In this document: positions 52,976-64,000 of the stretch, in pieces
Numbering within the stretch: the stretch's first letter is position 1
Layout of the letters: every line of letters begins with the position of its first letter
From: Mobula hypostoma
Lineage: Eukaryota
Length of the DNA stretch: 64,000 nucleotides
Assembly (NCBI RefSeq): GCF_963921235.1
Contig: NC_086097.1
Span: forward strand, 246,514,001-246,578,000
Direction: 5' to 3'
The notes under the pieces: generated by a model
The model's database searches: none
What the model was told of the DNA's origin: nothing
The model's input: the letters and a program-made list of their open reading frames with translations, nothing else
Program-made: the position numbers and the translations under genes

Positions 52976-53130
52976 TGGAAGAATCCAGCGGGTCGGGCAG
53001 GATCCATGGAGGAGTTTAGCAGGTCAGGCAGGATCCATGGAGGAGTTCAGCAGATCGAGCAGGATCCATGGAGGAGTACAGCAGGTCATGCAGGATCCAT
53101 GGAGGGGTTCACCAGGTCAGTCATGGAGGA
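52976..53130. repeat. 31-bp minisatellite, about 4.5 units, inside a PLE-derived short element
   Basis: Unit gcaggatccatggaggagtt(t/c)agcaggtcag repeated with small changes. Confidence 0.9.
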
Positions 53131-53554
53131 AAAGCAGTGCTGGAGGAACTCGGTGGTTTGTGCAGCAGCTGTGGGGGGAAAGTTGACCATCTGTCGGCAT
53201 TCTGAGTCAAGATCCTGTATCGGGACTGAGAGTCAAAGTCAATCTTCTACCCCTCACCTTAGACCTATGCCTGCTTGGACGTACAGAGTTCCTCCAGTAC
53301 TGCCTTTTACTCTAGCACCTGCAGTCTCTTATGACTCCTTGAGCTCCCGTTTATAGTCCATCATTTCAGTTAAAGAGCTTCACCCCATCTCTGCCTTGTC
53401 CATCTTTTCTCTATTTTGACCATGACTTGGGAAGCAAGCTGGTATATACACACAAGGTGCTACATAAATACAAATTATTGATGTGACAAATGGACAGGAG
53501 CTAGACAAAATTAAGACCATAGATATATCTACACATGAAATTTGGATTAGAGTC

Positions 53555-54000
53555 AGAGAGCACAACAGCACAGAAACAGGACCCTTCGGCCTACCTAGTT
53601 CATGTAAACTGTTATTCTGCAGAGTCCTATCAACCTGCATCCGGAACAAATCCCTCCATACCCCTCCCATCCATGTACTTCCCCAAATTTCTCTTAAATA
53701 TTTCAATTGAACCTGCATCCACCGCTTCCACTGGCAGCTCGTTCCACTTCCCCTCCACCCTCTGAGTGAAGAAACCTCCCCCCCATGTTCCCCTTAAACA
53801 GGTTACCTTTAACCCTTAACCCATGACCTCTAGTTCTAGTATCACCCAACCTCAGCAGAAAAAGCCTGCTTGCATTTACCCTATCTATACCTTTCATAAT
53901 TTTGTATACCTCTATCAAATCTCTCCTCATTTTCCTACAGTCCAGGGATTAAAGTCCTAACCTAATCAACCTTTCCCTATAACTCAGGTTCTCAAGTCAA
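53555..54000 (-). mobile_element. CR1 3' fragment
   Basis: RRDLIEVYKIMKGIDRV..TRTRGHGLRV. Confidence 0.85.
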
Positions 54001-55605
54001 TTGCATTAAAGACTCAATGGAAAACTGATTTAGCTTCAGCTAGCTATGTTAAAACAGAGGAATTCACAGTGAAAGTCTTTGTAGCTTAGAATTCAGAATA
54101 GCAGTAAAAGCTGTTTTGCCAGCTGGAATGAAAGGAATTTCCAACACTGTTTCTTTGCCAATCGCAGATCTGTCCTATCCAATTACAGGGGCATCTCATA
54201 GTGATCCCAATTTAGCTCACATGGAGTGAGGGATGTGCATTTTAATCCTTGTGAACAGTTGTGTTTGCAAGCAGATGGGTGCATTCAGTCTGTTAGAAGT
54301 GCTTGATTTTTAACATGTTAGTAACTAGTAAGGAGTACCACAAACTGTAATTTGGAAGTTTAGCTCAAGACGCATGGTTTTCCTGGGACAGTCTATTAAA
54401 ACAAGGTACCAGCAAAACTGTAAACACAGGAGATGCTGAAAATCCAGCACAACACACACAAAATGCTGGACAAACTCAGCAGGTCAGGCAGCATCTATGG
54501 AGAAGAATAAAGTGGACATTGCAGGCTGAGACCCCTCGTCCAGACTGGAAAGGAAGGGGAAAGAAGCCAGAATAAGAAGGTGAGGGGAGGGGAAGGAGTA
54601 CAAGCTGAAAGGCAGTAGATGAGATCAGGTGGGGGGGGGAAGTTGGTGGGTCATGGGGAAGGGACAAGTGGGTGAAATAAGAAGATGGGAGGTGAAAGTT
54701 TGGAAGAGATGGGACAGGAAATATCAGAAGAAGATATTTTCTATAACTCTCAACATATGGCAAAAATAGAAAAGATGAGGTTAGACACAAGAGATTCCGT
54801 AGATGCTGAAAATCTAGAGCCATACAACATGGTGGAGGAACTCAGCAGGTCAGACAGCATCAATGGAGAGGAATAAACTGTCGATGTTTCGGACTGAGAC
54901 GCTTCGTCAGCACTGAAAAGAAAGTGGGAAGAAGACAGAAGAGCGATATTGGATAGGACTGTTTTGATGAGTCACAAGCAAACATGGCAATAAAGTCTGA
55001 GTTCTTTAGCTGATTCTTTCATCACACCACATGTATTATTTCTATGTAAGAAACTTTGAAGAAAGACACCATAAAGCATGCTACATTCTACAACCCATGG
55101 ATTCCCTTTCAACGACTCTTCAACTCATGGTCTCAGTATTATATATTTACTTATTTAGTTATTACTTTGTAACGTTTTGTATTTGAACAGTCTCTCAGTC
55201 TTTAGCACAATGGTTGTTTGTCAGTCTCTGTGTGTAGTTTTTCACTGATTCTATTTTATTTCTTTGTTCTACTGTGAATGCTCGTATGAAAACGCATCTT
55301 AGGGTAGTATACTGTGTGGTTACATATACATACCTACTTTGATAATAAATTTACTTTGAAATTTGACAAGGTGAATTCAGGTCACATGTATTTGACAAGA
55401 TACCACATAATAAGCCTACCATTGAGACTGAAGGCCAGTGCATAAAACAGACAAGAGCAGTAAGGATAGAAAATTGGCGAAGCAGGGTTTCGGCCTGAAA
55501 CATCGACTGTACTTTTTTCCACAGATGCTGCCTGGCCTGCTGAGTTCCTCCAGCATTTTGTGTGTGTTGCTCGGATTTCCAGCACCTGAAGATATTCTCT
55601 TGTTT

Positions 55606-55785
55606 GAGGTCAGAGGGGGATGGCCAGACTGGTTCAAGCTGACAGGAAGGAGATAGTAACTCAAATAACCATGCGCAGAGAGCATCTCTGAATGCACAAT
55701 ACATTGAACCTTGAAGTGAATGGGCTACAGCAGCAGAAGACCATGAACATACACTTAGTGGCCACTTTATTAGGTACACGAGGTC
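55606..55785. mobile_element. Partial Tc1-like non-autonomous element, same family as 887-1428
   Basis: Shares gactggttcaagctgacaggaagg and agcatctctgaatgcaca, plus the TIR-like cacttagtggccactttattaggtacac. Confidence 0.75.
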
Positions 55786-55936
55786 TACTTTAAAAAAATT
55801 AATAATGAAGAACTCGGCCCAAAACGCTAATTGTTAATTCTCCTGCATAGATGCTGCCTGACTTTTTGAGTTATTCCAATATTTTGTGTGTGCGTTGCTG
55901 TAACCAATTACCATTTTAATTTTGGTAGTTACATAC

Positions 55937-56032
55937 CTGGTAAGGAACAATGCTTTCATGTGCTGTACCCCATCGCTTTGCTTCTTTACCACCACTGAGA
56001 TAATTTGCAGCCACATGGGTTAGGCACGCAAC
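55937..56032 (-). CDS. SUGCT: SUGCT internal exon A ([32 protein letters not shown])
   Basis: 96-bp exon between ttaaccag and gtatgt on the minus strand. The translation closely matches my recollection of human SUGCT ([32 protein letters not shown]). Phase 0/0. Confidence 0.95.
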
Positions 56033-56882
56033 CTGGTTAAAACAAGGATTGCCAAAATTAAAGGGTATTTTTAAAATTTCTAAATACGTCATTTAAATTT
56101 ATTTCCTAATCATTAATAAGGTTGTCACTTTCGATATACAAAATAAATAATACTGAGAACATGAGTTGTAGGGTCCTTGAAAATGAGTCCATAGGTTGTG
56201 GAATCAGTTCAGAGTTGAGGTGAATGAAGTTATCCCCTCTGCTTCAGCATGGCTGAGGGTTAATAACTGTTCCTGAACCTGGTAGTATGGGTCCTGAGGC
56301 TCCCGTACTTCCTTCCCAATGACAATAGTGAGAAGAGAGCATGGCCTTTATGCAGGGAGTCCTTGATGATGGATGCTGCTTTCTTGTCACAGCACTCCTT
56401 GTAGATGTGCTCAATGGTAGGGAAGGTTTTCCTGTGATGAACCGGGCTGAAATCATCAGAGAATATTGAAGACATTTATAATTATTTTTACATTTCTCTG
56501 CTGACTACTGAGAACTGCTTGTTCTTGCCAACAACACCCATGTACCATTAATTTACAGAACATGGCACTCAGGGATTTGGGCTATATATATATTTTTATG
56601 TGTCACTGTATGGTTACTGCTATCTTATATGAGCAATGTGTGCCTTTTGCTGTGTGTGACTGGTGATATTGTGTGTTGCACCTTGCCCCTGGAGTAACGC
56701 TGTTTTGTTTAGCTGTATTCATGGGTATTTGTGTACAGTTGAATGACAATTAAACCTGAATTTGACCTTGAAACAGATTGTTAAATTGATTGTTAAATTT
56801 CAAGATTTTTGCAAGGACCATTGTTTATTCAAATTCATATTGCTCTTAGGAATAAAAAAAAACGAAGAACAATGAAATTTCA

Positions 56883-59862
56883 ATAGAACCATAGAACCAT
56901 AGAAACTACAGCACAGAAACAGGCCCTTTGGCCCTTCTTGGCTGTGCCGAACCATTTTCTGCGTAGTCCCACTGACCTGCACACGGACCATATCCCTCCA
57001 TACACCTCCCATCCATGTATCTGTCCAATTTATTCTTAAATGTTAAAAAAGAACCCGCATTTACCACCTCGTCTGGCAGCTCATTCCATACTCCCACCAC
57101 TCTCTGTGTGAAGAAGCCCCCCCCAATGTTCCCTTTAAACTTTTCCCCCCTCACCCTTAACCCATGTCCTCTGGTTTTTTTCTCCCCTTGTCTCAGTGGA
57201 AAAAGCCTGCTTGCATTCACTCTATCTATACCCATCATAATTTTATATACCTCTATCAAATCTCCCCTCATTCTTCTACGCTCCAGGGAATAAAGTCCTA
57301 ACCTATTCAACCTTTCTCTGTAACTGAGTTTCTCAAGTCCCGGCAACATCCTTGTAAACCTTCTCTGCACTCTTTCAACCTTATTTATATCCTTCCTGTA
57401 ATTTGGTGACCAAAACTGAACACAATACTCCAGATTCGGCCTCACCAATGCCTTATACAACCTCATCATAACATTCCAGCTCTTATACTCAATACTTCGA
57501 TTAATAAAGGCCAATGTACCAAAAGCTCTCTTTATGACCCTATCTACCTGTGACGACACTTTTAGGGAATTTTGTATCTGTACTCCCAGATCCCTCTGTT
57601 CCACTGCACTCCACAGTGCCTTACCATTAACCCTGTATGTTCTACGTTGGTTTGTCCTTCCAACGTGCAATACCTCACACTTGTCAGTATTAAACTCCAT
57701 CTGCCATTTTTCAGCCCATTTTTCCAGATGGTCCAAGTCCCTCTGCAGGCTCTGAAAACCTTCCTCACTGTCTACTACACCTCCAATCTTTGTATCATCA
57801 GCAAACTTGCTGATCCAATTTACCACATTATCATCCAGATCATTGATATAGATGACAAATAACAATGGACCCAGCACTGATCCCTGTGGCACACCACTAG
57901 TCACAGGCCTCCACTCAGAGAAGCAATTCTCTACCACCACTCTCTAGCTTCTTCCATCGAGCCAATGTCTAATCCAATTTACCACCTCTCCATGTATACC
58001 TAGCGACTGAATTTTCCTAACTAACCTCCCATGCGGGACCTTGTCAAAGGCCTTACTGAAGTCCGTGTAGACAATATCCACTGCCTTCCTTTCATCCACT
58101 TTCCTGGTAACCTCCTCGAAAAACTCCAACAGATTGGTCAAACATGACCTACCACGCAAACAACGGAACAACATGTGCCACTCTCCAATCCTCCGGCACT
58201 TCACCCGTAGACAGCGACATTTTAAATATTTCTGCCAGGGCCCCCGCAATTTCAACACTAGTCTCCTTCAAGGTCCGAGGGAACACTCTGTCAGGTCCCG
58301 GGGATTTATCCACTTTAATTTTCCTCAAGACAGCAAGCACCTCCTCCTTTTCAATCTGTACAGTTTCCATGGTCTCACTACTTGATTCCCTCAATTCCAT
58401 AGATTTCATGCCAGCTTCCTTAGTAAAAAAGGAAAAAACCTATTTAAGATCTCCCCCATTTCCTTTGGTTCCGCACAAAGCCGACCACTCTGATCTTCAA
58501 GAGGACGAATTTTATCCCTTACAATCCTTTTGCTCTTAATATACCTGTAAAAGCTCTTTGGATTATCCTTCACTTTGACTGCCAAGGCAACCTCATGTCT
58601 TCTTTTAGCCCTCCTGATTTCTTTCTTAGGTATTTTCTTGCACTTCTTACACTCCTCAAGCACCTGATTTACCCCCTGTTTCCTATACATTTCATACAAC
58701 TCCCTCTTCTTCTTTATCAGAGTTGCAATATCCCTTGAGAACCAAGGTTCCTTATTCCTATTCAATTTGCCTTTAATCCTGACATGAACATACAAACTCT
58801 GCACTCTCAAAATTTCCCCTTTGAAGGCTTCCCACCTACCAATCACATCTTTGCCAGAGAACAACCTGTCCCAATCCACGCTTTTTAGATCCTTTCTCAT
58901 TTCTTCAAATTTGGCCTTCTTCCAGTTCAGAACCTCAACCCTAGGACCAGATCTATCCTTGTCCAGAATCAAATTGAAACTAATGATGTTATGATCACTG
59001 GAACCAAAGTGCTCCCCTACACAGACTTCTGTCACTTGCCCTAATTCGTTACCTAACAGGAGATCCAATATTGCATCCCCTCTAGTTGGTCCCTCTATAT
59101 ATTGATTTAGAAAACTTTCCTGAACACATTTTACAAACTCTAAACCATCTAGACCCTTAACAGTATGGGAGACCCAATCAATGTATGGAAAATTAAAATC
59201 CCCTACCACCACAACTTTATGTTTCCTGCAGTTGCCTGCTATCTCTCTGCAGATTTGCTCTTCCAAGTCTCGTTGACTATTGGATGGTCTGTAATACAAT
59301 CCCACTAATGTGGCCATACCTTTCCTGTTTCTCAGCTCCACCCATAAGGACTCAGTAGACAAGCCCTCTAATCTGTCCTGCCTGAGCACTGCTGTAATAT
59401 TTTCCCTAACAAGCAATGCTACTCCCCCACCTTTCATTCCCCTGCCTCGATCACATCTGAAACATCGGAACCCTGGAATATTAAGCTGCCAGTCCTGCCC
59501 CTCCTGTAGCCAAGTTTCACTAATTGCTACAACATCATAATTCCACGTGTCAATCCACGCCCTCAACTCATCCGCCTTCCCCGCAATACTCCTAGCATTG
59601 AAATATATACACCTCAGAAGATTTTTACCACCACTCACAACCTTTCTATCAGCGGATTTGCTTAAACTTTCAACATCATTTATTTTCACCCCAGCCACAC
59701 TGTCAGCTCTGGCACTCTGGTTCCCATCCCCCTGCAAATCTAGTTTAAAGCCTCCCCAACAGCACTAACAAACCTCCCTGAAAGGATATTGGTCCCCCTG
59801 TGGTTCAAGTGTAACCCGACTCTCTTGTACAGGTCCCACCTGCCCCAGAAGAGGTCCCAATA
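56883..59862 (-). mobile_element. CR1 LINE, near-complete ORF2 (APE + RT) with an internal deletion and frameshifts
   Basis: ORF 58406..59737 is the APE domain (YFNARSI, ISETWL, GDFNFP, LDL, SDH). ORF 56906..57940 is RT ([17 protein letters not shown]). Deletion near 58155 between VVPLF and GRSCLTNL. (ttctatgg)n tail. Confidence 0.94.
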
Positions 59863-60079
59863 ATCTGCCATCTGATTGTTCTGAAATCCTAGCTGTCTGG
59901 CACTTGGCATATTTTGACCTGAAATGTTGACAATTCCACTGAGTTCCTCCAGCAGATTGCTGTTCTCAGCAACTAGTGCTCCCAGTAGTTATTTAACACA
60001 CTAAACCCCAAAATATCAATGTTTCTGTGCCTGAGACAACATTGGTAAATTAAAGAGGCTCTGTGTGGATATGACTACA

Positions 60080-60606
60080 CACTCAGTGGCCACTTTATTA
60101 GGTACACATGTACACCAGATCATTATTGCAAATATATAATCAGCCAGTCATGTGGCAGCAACTCAGTGTACAAAAGCATGCAGTCATGATGAAATGGTTC
60201 AGTTGCTGTTCAAACCAAACATCAGACTGGGGAAGAAATGTGATCTAAGTGACTTTGGATATTGAATGCTCACTGGTGCCAGATGAGTGGTTTGAGCATC
60301 TCAGAAACTGCTGAACTCCTGGGATTTTCATGCTTAACAGTCTCTAGAGTTCACAGAGAACGAAGGCAAAAGCAAAAAAACATCCAGTGAGTGGTAGTTC
60401 TGTGGGTGAAAAGGCCTTGTTAGTCAGAGGAGAATGGCCTAACTGGTTCAAGTTGACAGGAATTTGACAGTAACTTAAGTAACCACAACAGTGTGTGCAG
60501 AAGAGCATCTCTGAATGCACAACACATTGAAACTTGAAATGGATGGGCTACAGCAGCAGAAGATCATGTGCATACAGAAGGTAACTAATAAAATGGCCAC
60601 CGAGTG
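60080..60606. mobile_element. Non-autonomous Tc1-like element, same family as 887-1428
   Basis: TIRs cactcagtggccactttattagg ... ctaataaaatggccaccgagtg followed by TA. The body is collinear with 887-1428. Confidence 0.85.
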
Positions 60607-61963
60607 TACATTAATCCATGAAATTGCTCCAATCATCTTCTCTTTCATTCTTTTTACATTTAATTTTTGCAGATGATCAGGAGACTTAGGAAAAGGAAAA
60701 CATGCCATATCACATCCAAATCAATTAGTGAACTTTAACTACTATACACTTGGAGAGAAAACTAATATTAGGCAACTTTACATACAAGAGAAAATCTGCA
60801 GATACTGGAAATCCAAGCAACACACAAAAATTGTTGGAGGAACTCAGCAGGCTGGGCAGTATCTATGGAAAAGAGTATGGTCAACGTTTTGGGCTGAAAT
60901 CCTTCATCAGGGACCGTTCATCAGTGACTTTAAACACAAATTCATCTTAAGCTATAGTAAGAAACCTTAACAGCCAACAACTTGGAACTCTACTAAGAAG
61001 ATAAATGCCGCACCATTGTGAAACCACTTGAACATTATCTTTAAAGCATTTCCAGCTGAAAGCTGGACCAAGTAACAATTACTTTTTTGTACAGCAACTG
61101 CTCTAAAATGATATACAAGGTTGAAAATTCCAAAGTAAATTTATTACGTATTTATTAAGTATGTATATGTTATCCTATACTGCTAACAGATGCATTTTCT
61201 TGCAGACATTTACAGAAAAAAATAAATAAATGTATTTATTATTGAGAATCTGTGTGGAATATGCCCTACCGGCCTGTCAAGCCTCCTGATTTAATCCGAG
61301 CCTAATCGCGGGACAATTTACAATGACCAATTAACCAACCAACCGGTTTGTTTTTGGTCTATAGGAGGAAACAGGAGCACCCAGAGGAAACCCATGTGGT
61401 CACAGGAAAAACGTACAAACTCCTTACAGGCAGTGGCAGGAATTGAACACTGGTCACTGCTATTATAAAGCATTGTGCTAACCTCTAGGATACCAGGCCA
61501 CCCCAATTGATTAGAATCAATGAAAAAACATCCATGAAGACACACAAACAATGAGCGAAAGAAGGAAAACTCGGCAAATAAAAAAAATTGAGAACATGAG
61601 ATGTAAAAAGTCTATGAAAGTGAGTCTGTAGGTTGTTAATCAATTCAGTGTTGTGGTGAGTGAAGTTAATTATGTTGGTTCAGGAGCCTAATGGTTGTAG
61701 AGGAATGTTAGGCTCTATAATTGTTATTTTCTTTACAATAATTGTTCAGTGTTTTCTAGTGGTTGCAGTTCCTTTTGTAACAACTTGGTGGCAGTTGCAA
61801 GTATTGCATTATGTGAATGGGGCTATTTGATTGGTTAACCCTTATCTATGGAAACTCATTTGAATTAGCAAATTCATAAGATGCAAGAAGACGTGGGCTC
61901 TGTCTCCTTTACTTTGTAATTCTTCCCTGTCATCGTCTTCTGTTTCACTACTCTCCTTTCTCA

Positions 61964-63007
61964 GGCTACGTCCACACTATGCCGGATAATTTTGAAAACG
62001 AAGCTTTTTCTCTTCATTTTGACCATCCGTCCACACTGAAACTGCGTTTTTAGCCCCTGAAAACAGAGATTTTCAGAAACAGTCTCCAGAGTGAATAAAT
62101 CTGAAAACACCTAATATCCGTTGTAGTGTGTATGGGGTAACCGGAGCTTTTTAAACCGCTGTCATGATGTGCTCGAACAAATGACGGCAGCACAGCATTT
62201 CATTGTTTTCTTATTATTCTTATTCTTATTATTATTACTACTTTATTGTTTAGAGTGTACAATCATCACAGCGATATTTGATTCTGCGCTTCACAGAACC
62301 TAACAATTTCAGAACAGACGGCAATGAGACTGATGCCAGAAGAGTTAGAAATGTACTCACCAAATACCTTGACCCGTAGCTTACCAAATAAATAAGTATA
62401 CTCACTTTGCCCTGTTTTCTGTCCTTGCTTGTATGACAGAAAACACCCTCCGCCACCTCCAGTTTAAATTCCATGCGGAATATTTTGGAGGATCAAGAAC
62501 CAAGAACCAGGGTGGTTTACCTATTTATGCAAGTACTTCTCTGACAATAGATGTGTAACAGCTTAATGTAACATTGTATGGAAATACAAGATAACACTGA
62601 TGCAGTCATGTTTTATCATTTAACAAGGTGCTTTATTAGTGCAAAAGAGTTAGTCAGTTTTTTAATGTTCATCGTCAGTTGGGTCATACTGTTCCTGAAT
62701 TCCCTGTCGGTTGCCTCCATACGCCCCAGTATTTGTGTTTTTTTTAGTTTTAAGCCCTCCTGCGCGAGAGCCAAGAGCAATTCCTTTTAAGTTTTTCTAC
62801 TCCGTAACTGGACAAACGCGCACCAAATATATCGTTTCCTCTTCGCTTGTTTTCTGTGTGTCCTGCGCATGCCCAGTAGGAGGAGATTTGCCCAAATATC
62901 CGTCTAATGTGGACAGAGATATTTTGAAAAACGCTTAGTGTGGATGCCTGTCGTTTTTACTCGAAACCAGCGTTTTCAAAATTATCCGGTGCAGTGTGGA
63001 CATAGCT
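61964..63007. mobile_element. Non-autonomous PIF/Harbinger DNA transposon
   Basis: TIRs of about 37 bp: ggctacgtccacactatgccggataattttgaaaacg ... cgttttcaaaattatccggtgcagtgtggacatagct. 3-bp TSD tca (61961-61963, 63008-63010). Subterminal tccacac repeats. Confidence 0.88.
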
Positions 63008-63327
63008 TCAATCTCTTTGTTTTCTTAGTGCATAATTAACAATTGTGAGCAACAGAATTTATGCATATTCGTGACTTCTGAAAGAGCTGTAGATCAAAAA
63101 GATCAGCATCCTGCAGTAACAACTGTTGCTGAACTCGGTGATGCAGGGAACTAAGGCTTCTGTATCTTGTGCCTGATGGTAGTAGCCTGGATGATGTAAG
63201 TTAATATCCACAGCGTAAATTAGGTTGGACAGCATATTGGCAATGGTGTCTGTACAAGTCTACAGCAGACATCCACAAGGAGTATGGGTTACAGGCAGGT
63301 CATGCTGCTATTTTGGAGACTGACATT

Positions 63328-64000
63328 TCATAGAAACATAGAAAATAGGTGCAGGAGTAGGCCATTCGGCCCTTCGAGCCTGCACCGCCATTTATTATGA
63401 TCATGGCTGATCATCCAACTCAGAACCCCGCCCAAGCCTTCCCTCCATACCCCCTGATCCCCGTAGCCACAAGGGCCATATCTAATTCCCTCTTAAATAT
63501 AGCCAATGAACTGGCCTCAACTGTTTCCTGTGGCAGAGAATTCCACAGATTCACCACTCTCTGTGTGAAGAAGTTTTTCCTAATCTCAGTCCTAAAAGGC
63601 TTCCCCTTTATCCTCAAACTGTGACCCCTTGTTCTGGACTTCCCCAACATCGGGAACAATCTTCCTGCATCTAGCCTGTCCAATCCCTTTAGGATTTTAT
63701 ACGTTTCAATCAGATTCCCCCTCAATCTTCTAAATTCCAACGAGTACAAGCCCAGTTCATCCAGTCTTTCTTCATATGAAAGTCCTGCCATCCCAGGAAT
63801 CAATCTGGTGAACCTTCTTTGTACTCCCTCTATGGCAAGGATGTCTTTCCTCAGATTAGGGGACCAAAACTGCACACAATACTCCAGGTGTGGTCTCACC
63901 AAGGCCTTGTACAACTGCAGTAGTACCTCCCTGCTCCTGTACTCGAATCCTCTCGCTATAAATGCCAGCATACCATTCGCCTTTTTCACCGCCTGCTGTA
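63328..64000 (-). mobile_element. CR1 LINE 3' portion, continuing beyond the window
   Basis: Open ORF 63420..63989: KKANGMLAFI..RPHLEYCVQFWSP. (tttctatg)n tail. Confidence 0.93.

Noticed and set aside
52976..53130. Regularly spaced direct repeats resembling a CRISPR array
   Set aside because: Head-to-tail 31-bp units with no unique spacers, derived from a retroelement, in eukaryotic DNA with no cas genes.
56906..59737. Long ORFs (344 and 443 aa) as a host gene or an active LINE
   Set aside because: These are CR1 ORF2 pieces separated by frameshifts, a stop and an internal deletion. The same applies to ORFs 16514..17833, 45962..47170 and 20091..21194.
14225..64000. CR1 copies mostly on the minus strand, sense to SUGCT
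   Set aside because: Roughly ten versus four copies is too small a sample to claim an orientation bias.

Overview
Vertebrate genomic DNA, most likely a cartilaginous fish such as a ray (inferred from the repeat repertoire, not proven). The only host gene I can support is SUGCT (succinyl-CoA:glutarate CoA-transferase, CoA-transferase family III). Four consecutive internal exons lie on the minus strand (55937-56032, 35498-35569, 34717-34814, 26689-26791), all with AG/GT splice sites and compatible phases. The rest is intron filled with decayed mobile elements: many CR1 LINEs, a full-length RTE, a near-full-length Vingi/Ingi-like LINE interrupted by a solo LTR, Rex1/Babar fragments, Penelope-like elements (PLEs) and their short derivatives, Tc1-like and PIF/Harbinger non-autonomous DNA transposons, and tRNA-derived SINEs. 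The most interesting signal is RNA structure, not protein. (1) A TSD-flanked inverted PLE (12186-13567) carries a minimal hammerhead ribozyme on each strand, and about a dozen decayed hammerhead copies sit in short PLE derivatives. (2) A CPEB3/HDV-like ribozyme remnant lies at the 5' end of the Vingi element. (3) Two unrelated RTE-type 5' ends fit an HDV-like fold with an extra hairpin inserted in loop L3. All ribozyme calls come from manual base-pairing and need computational and biochemical confirmation. TE boundaries are approximate unless a TSD is given.
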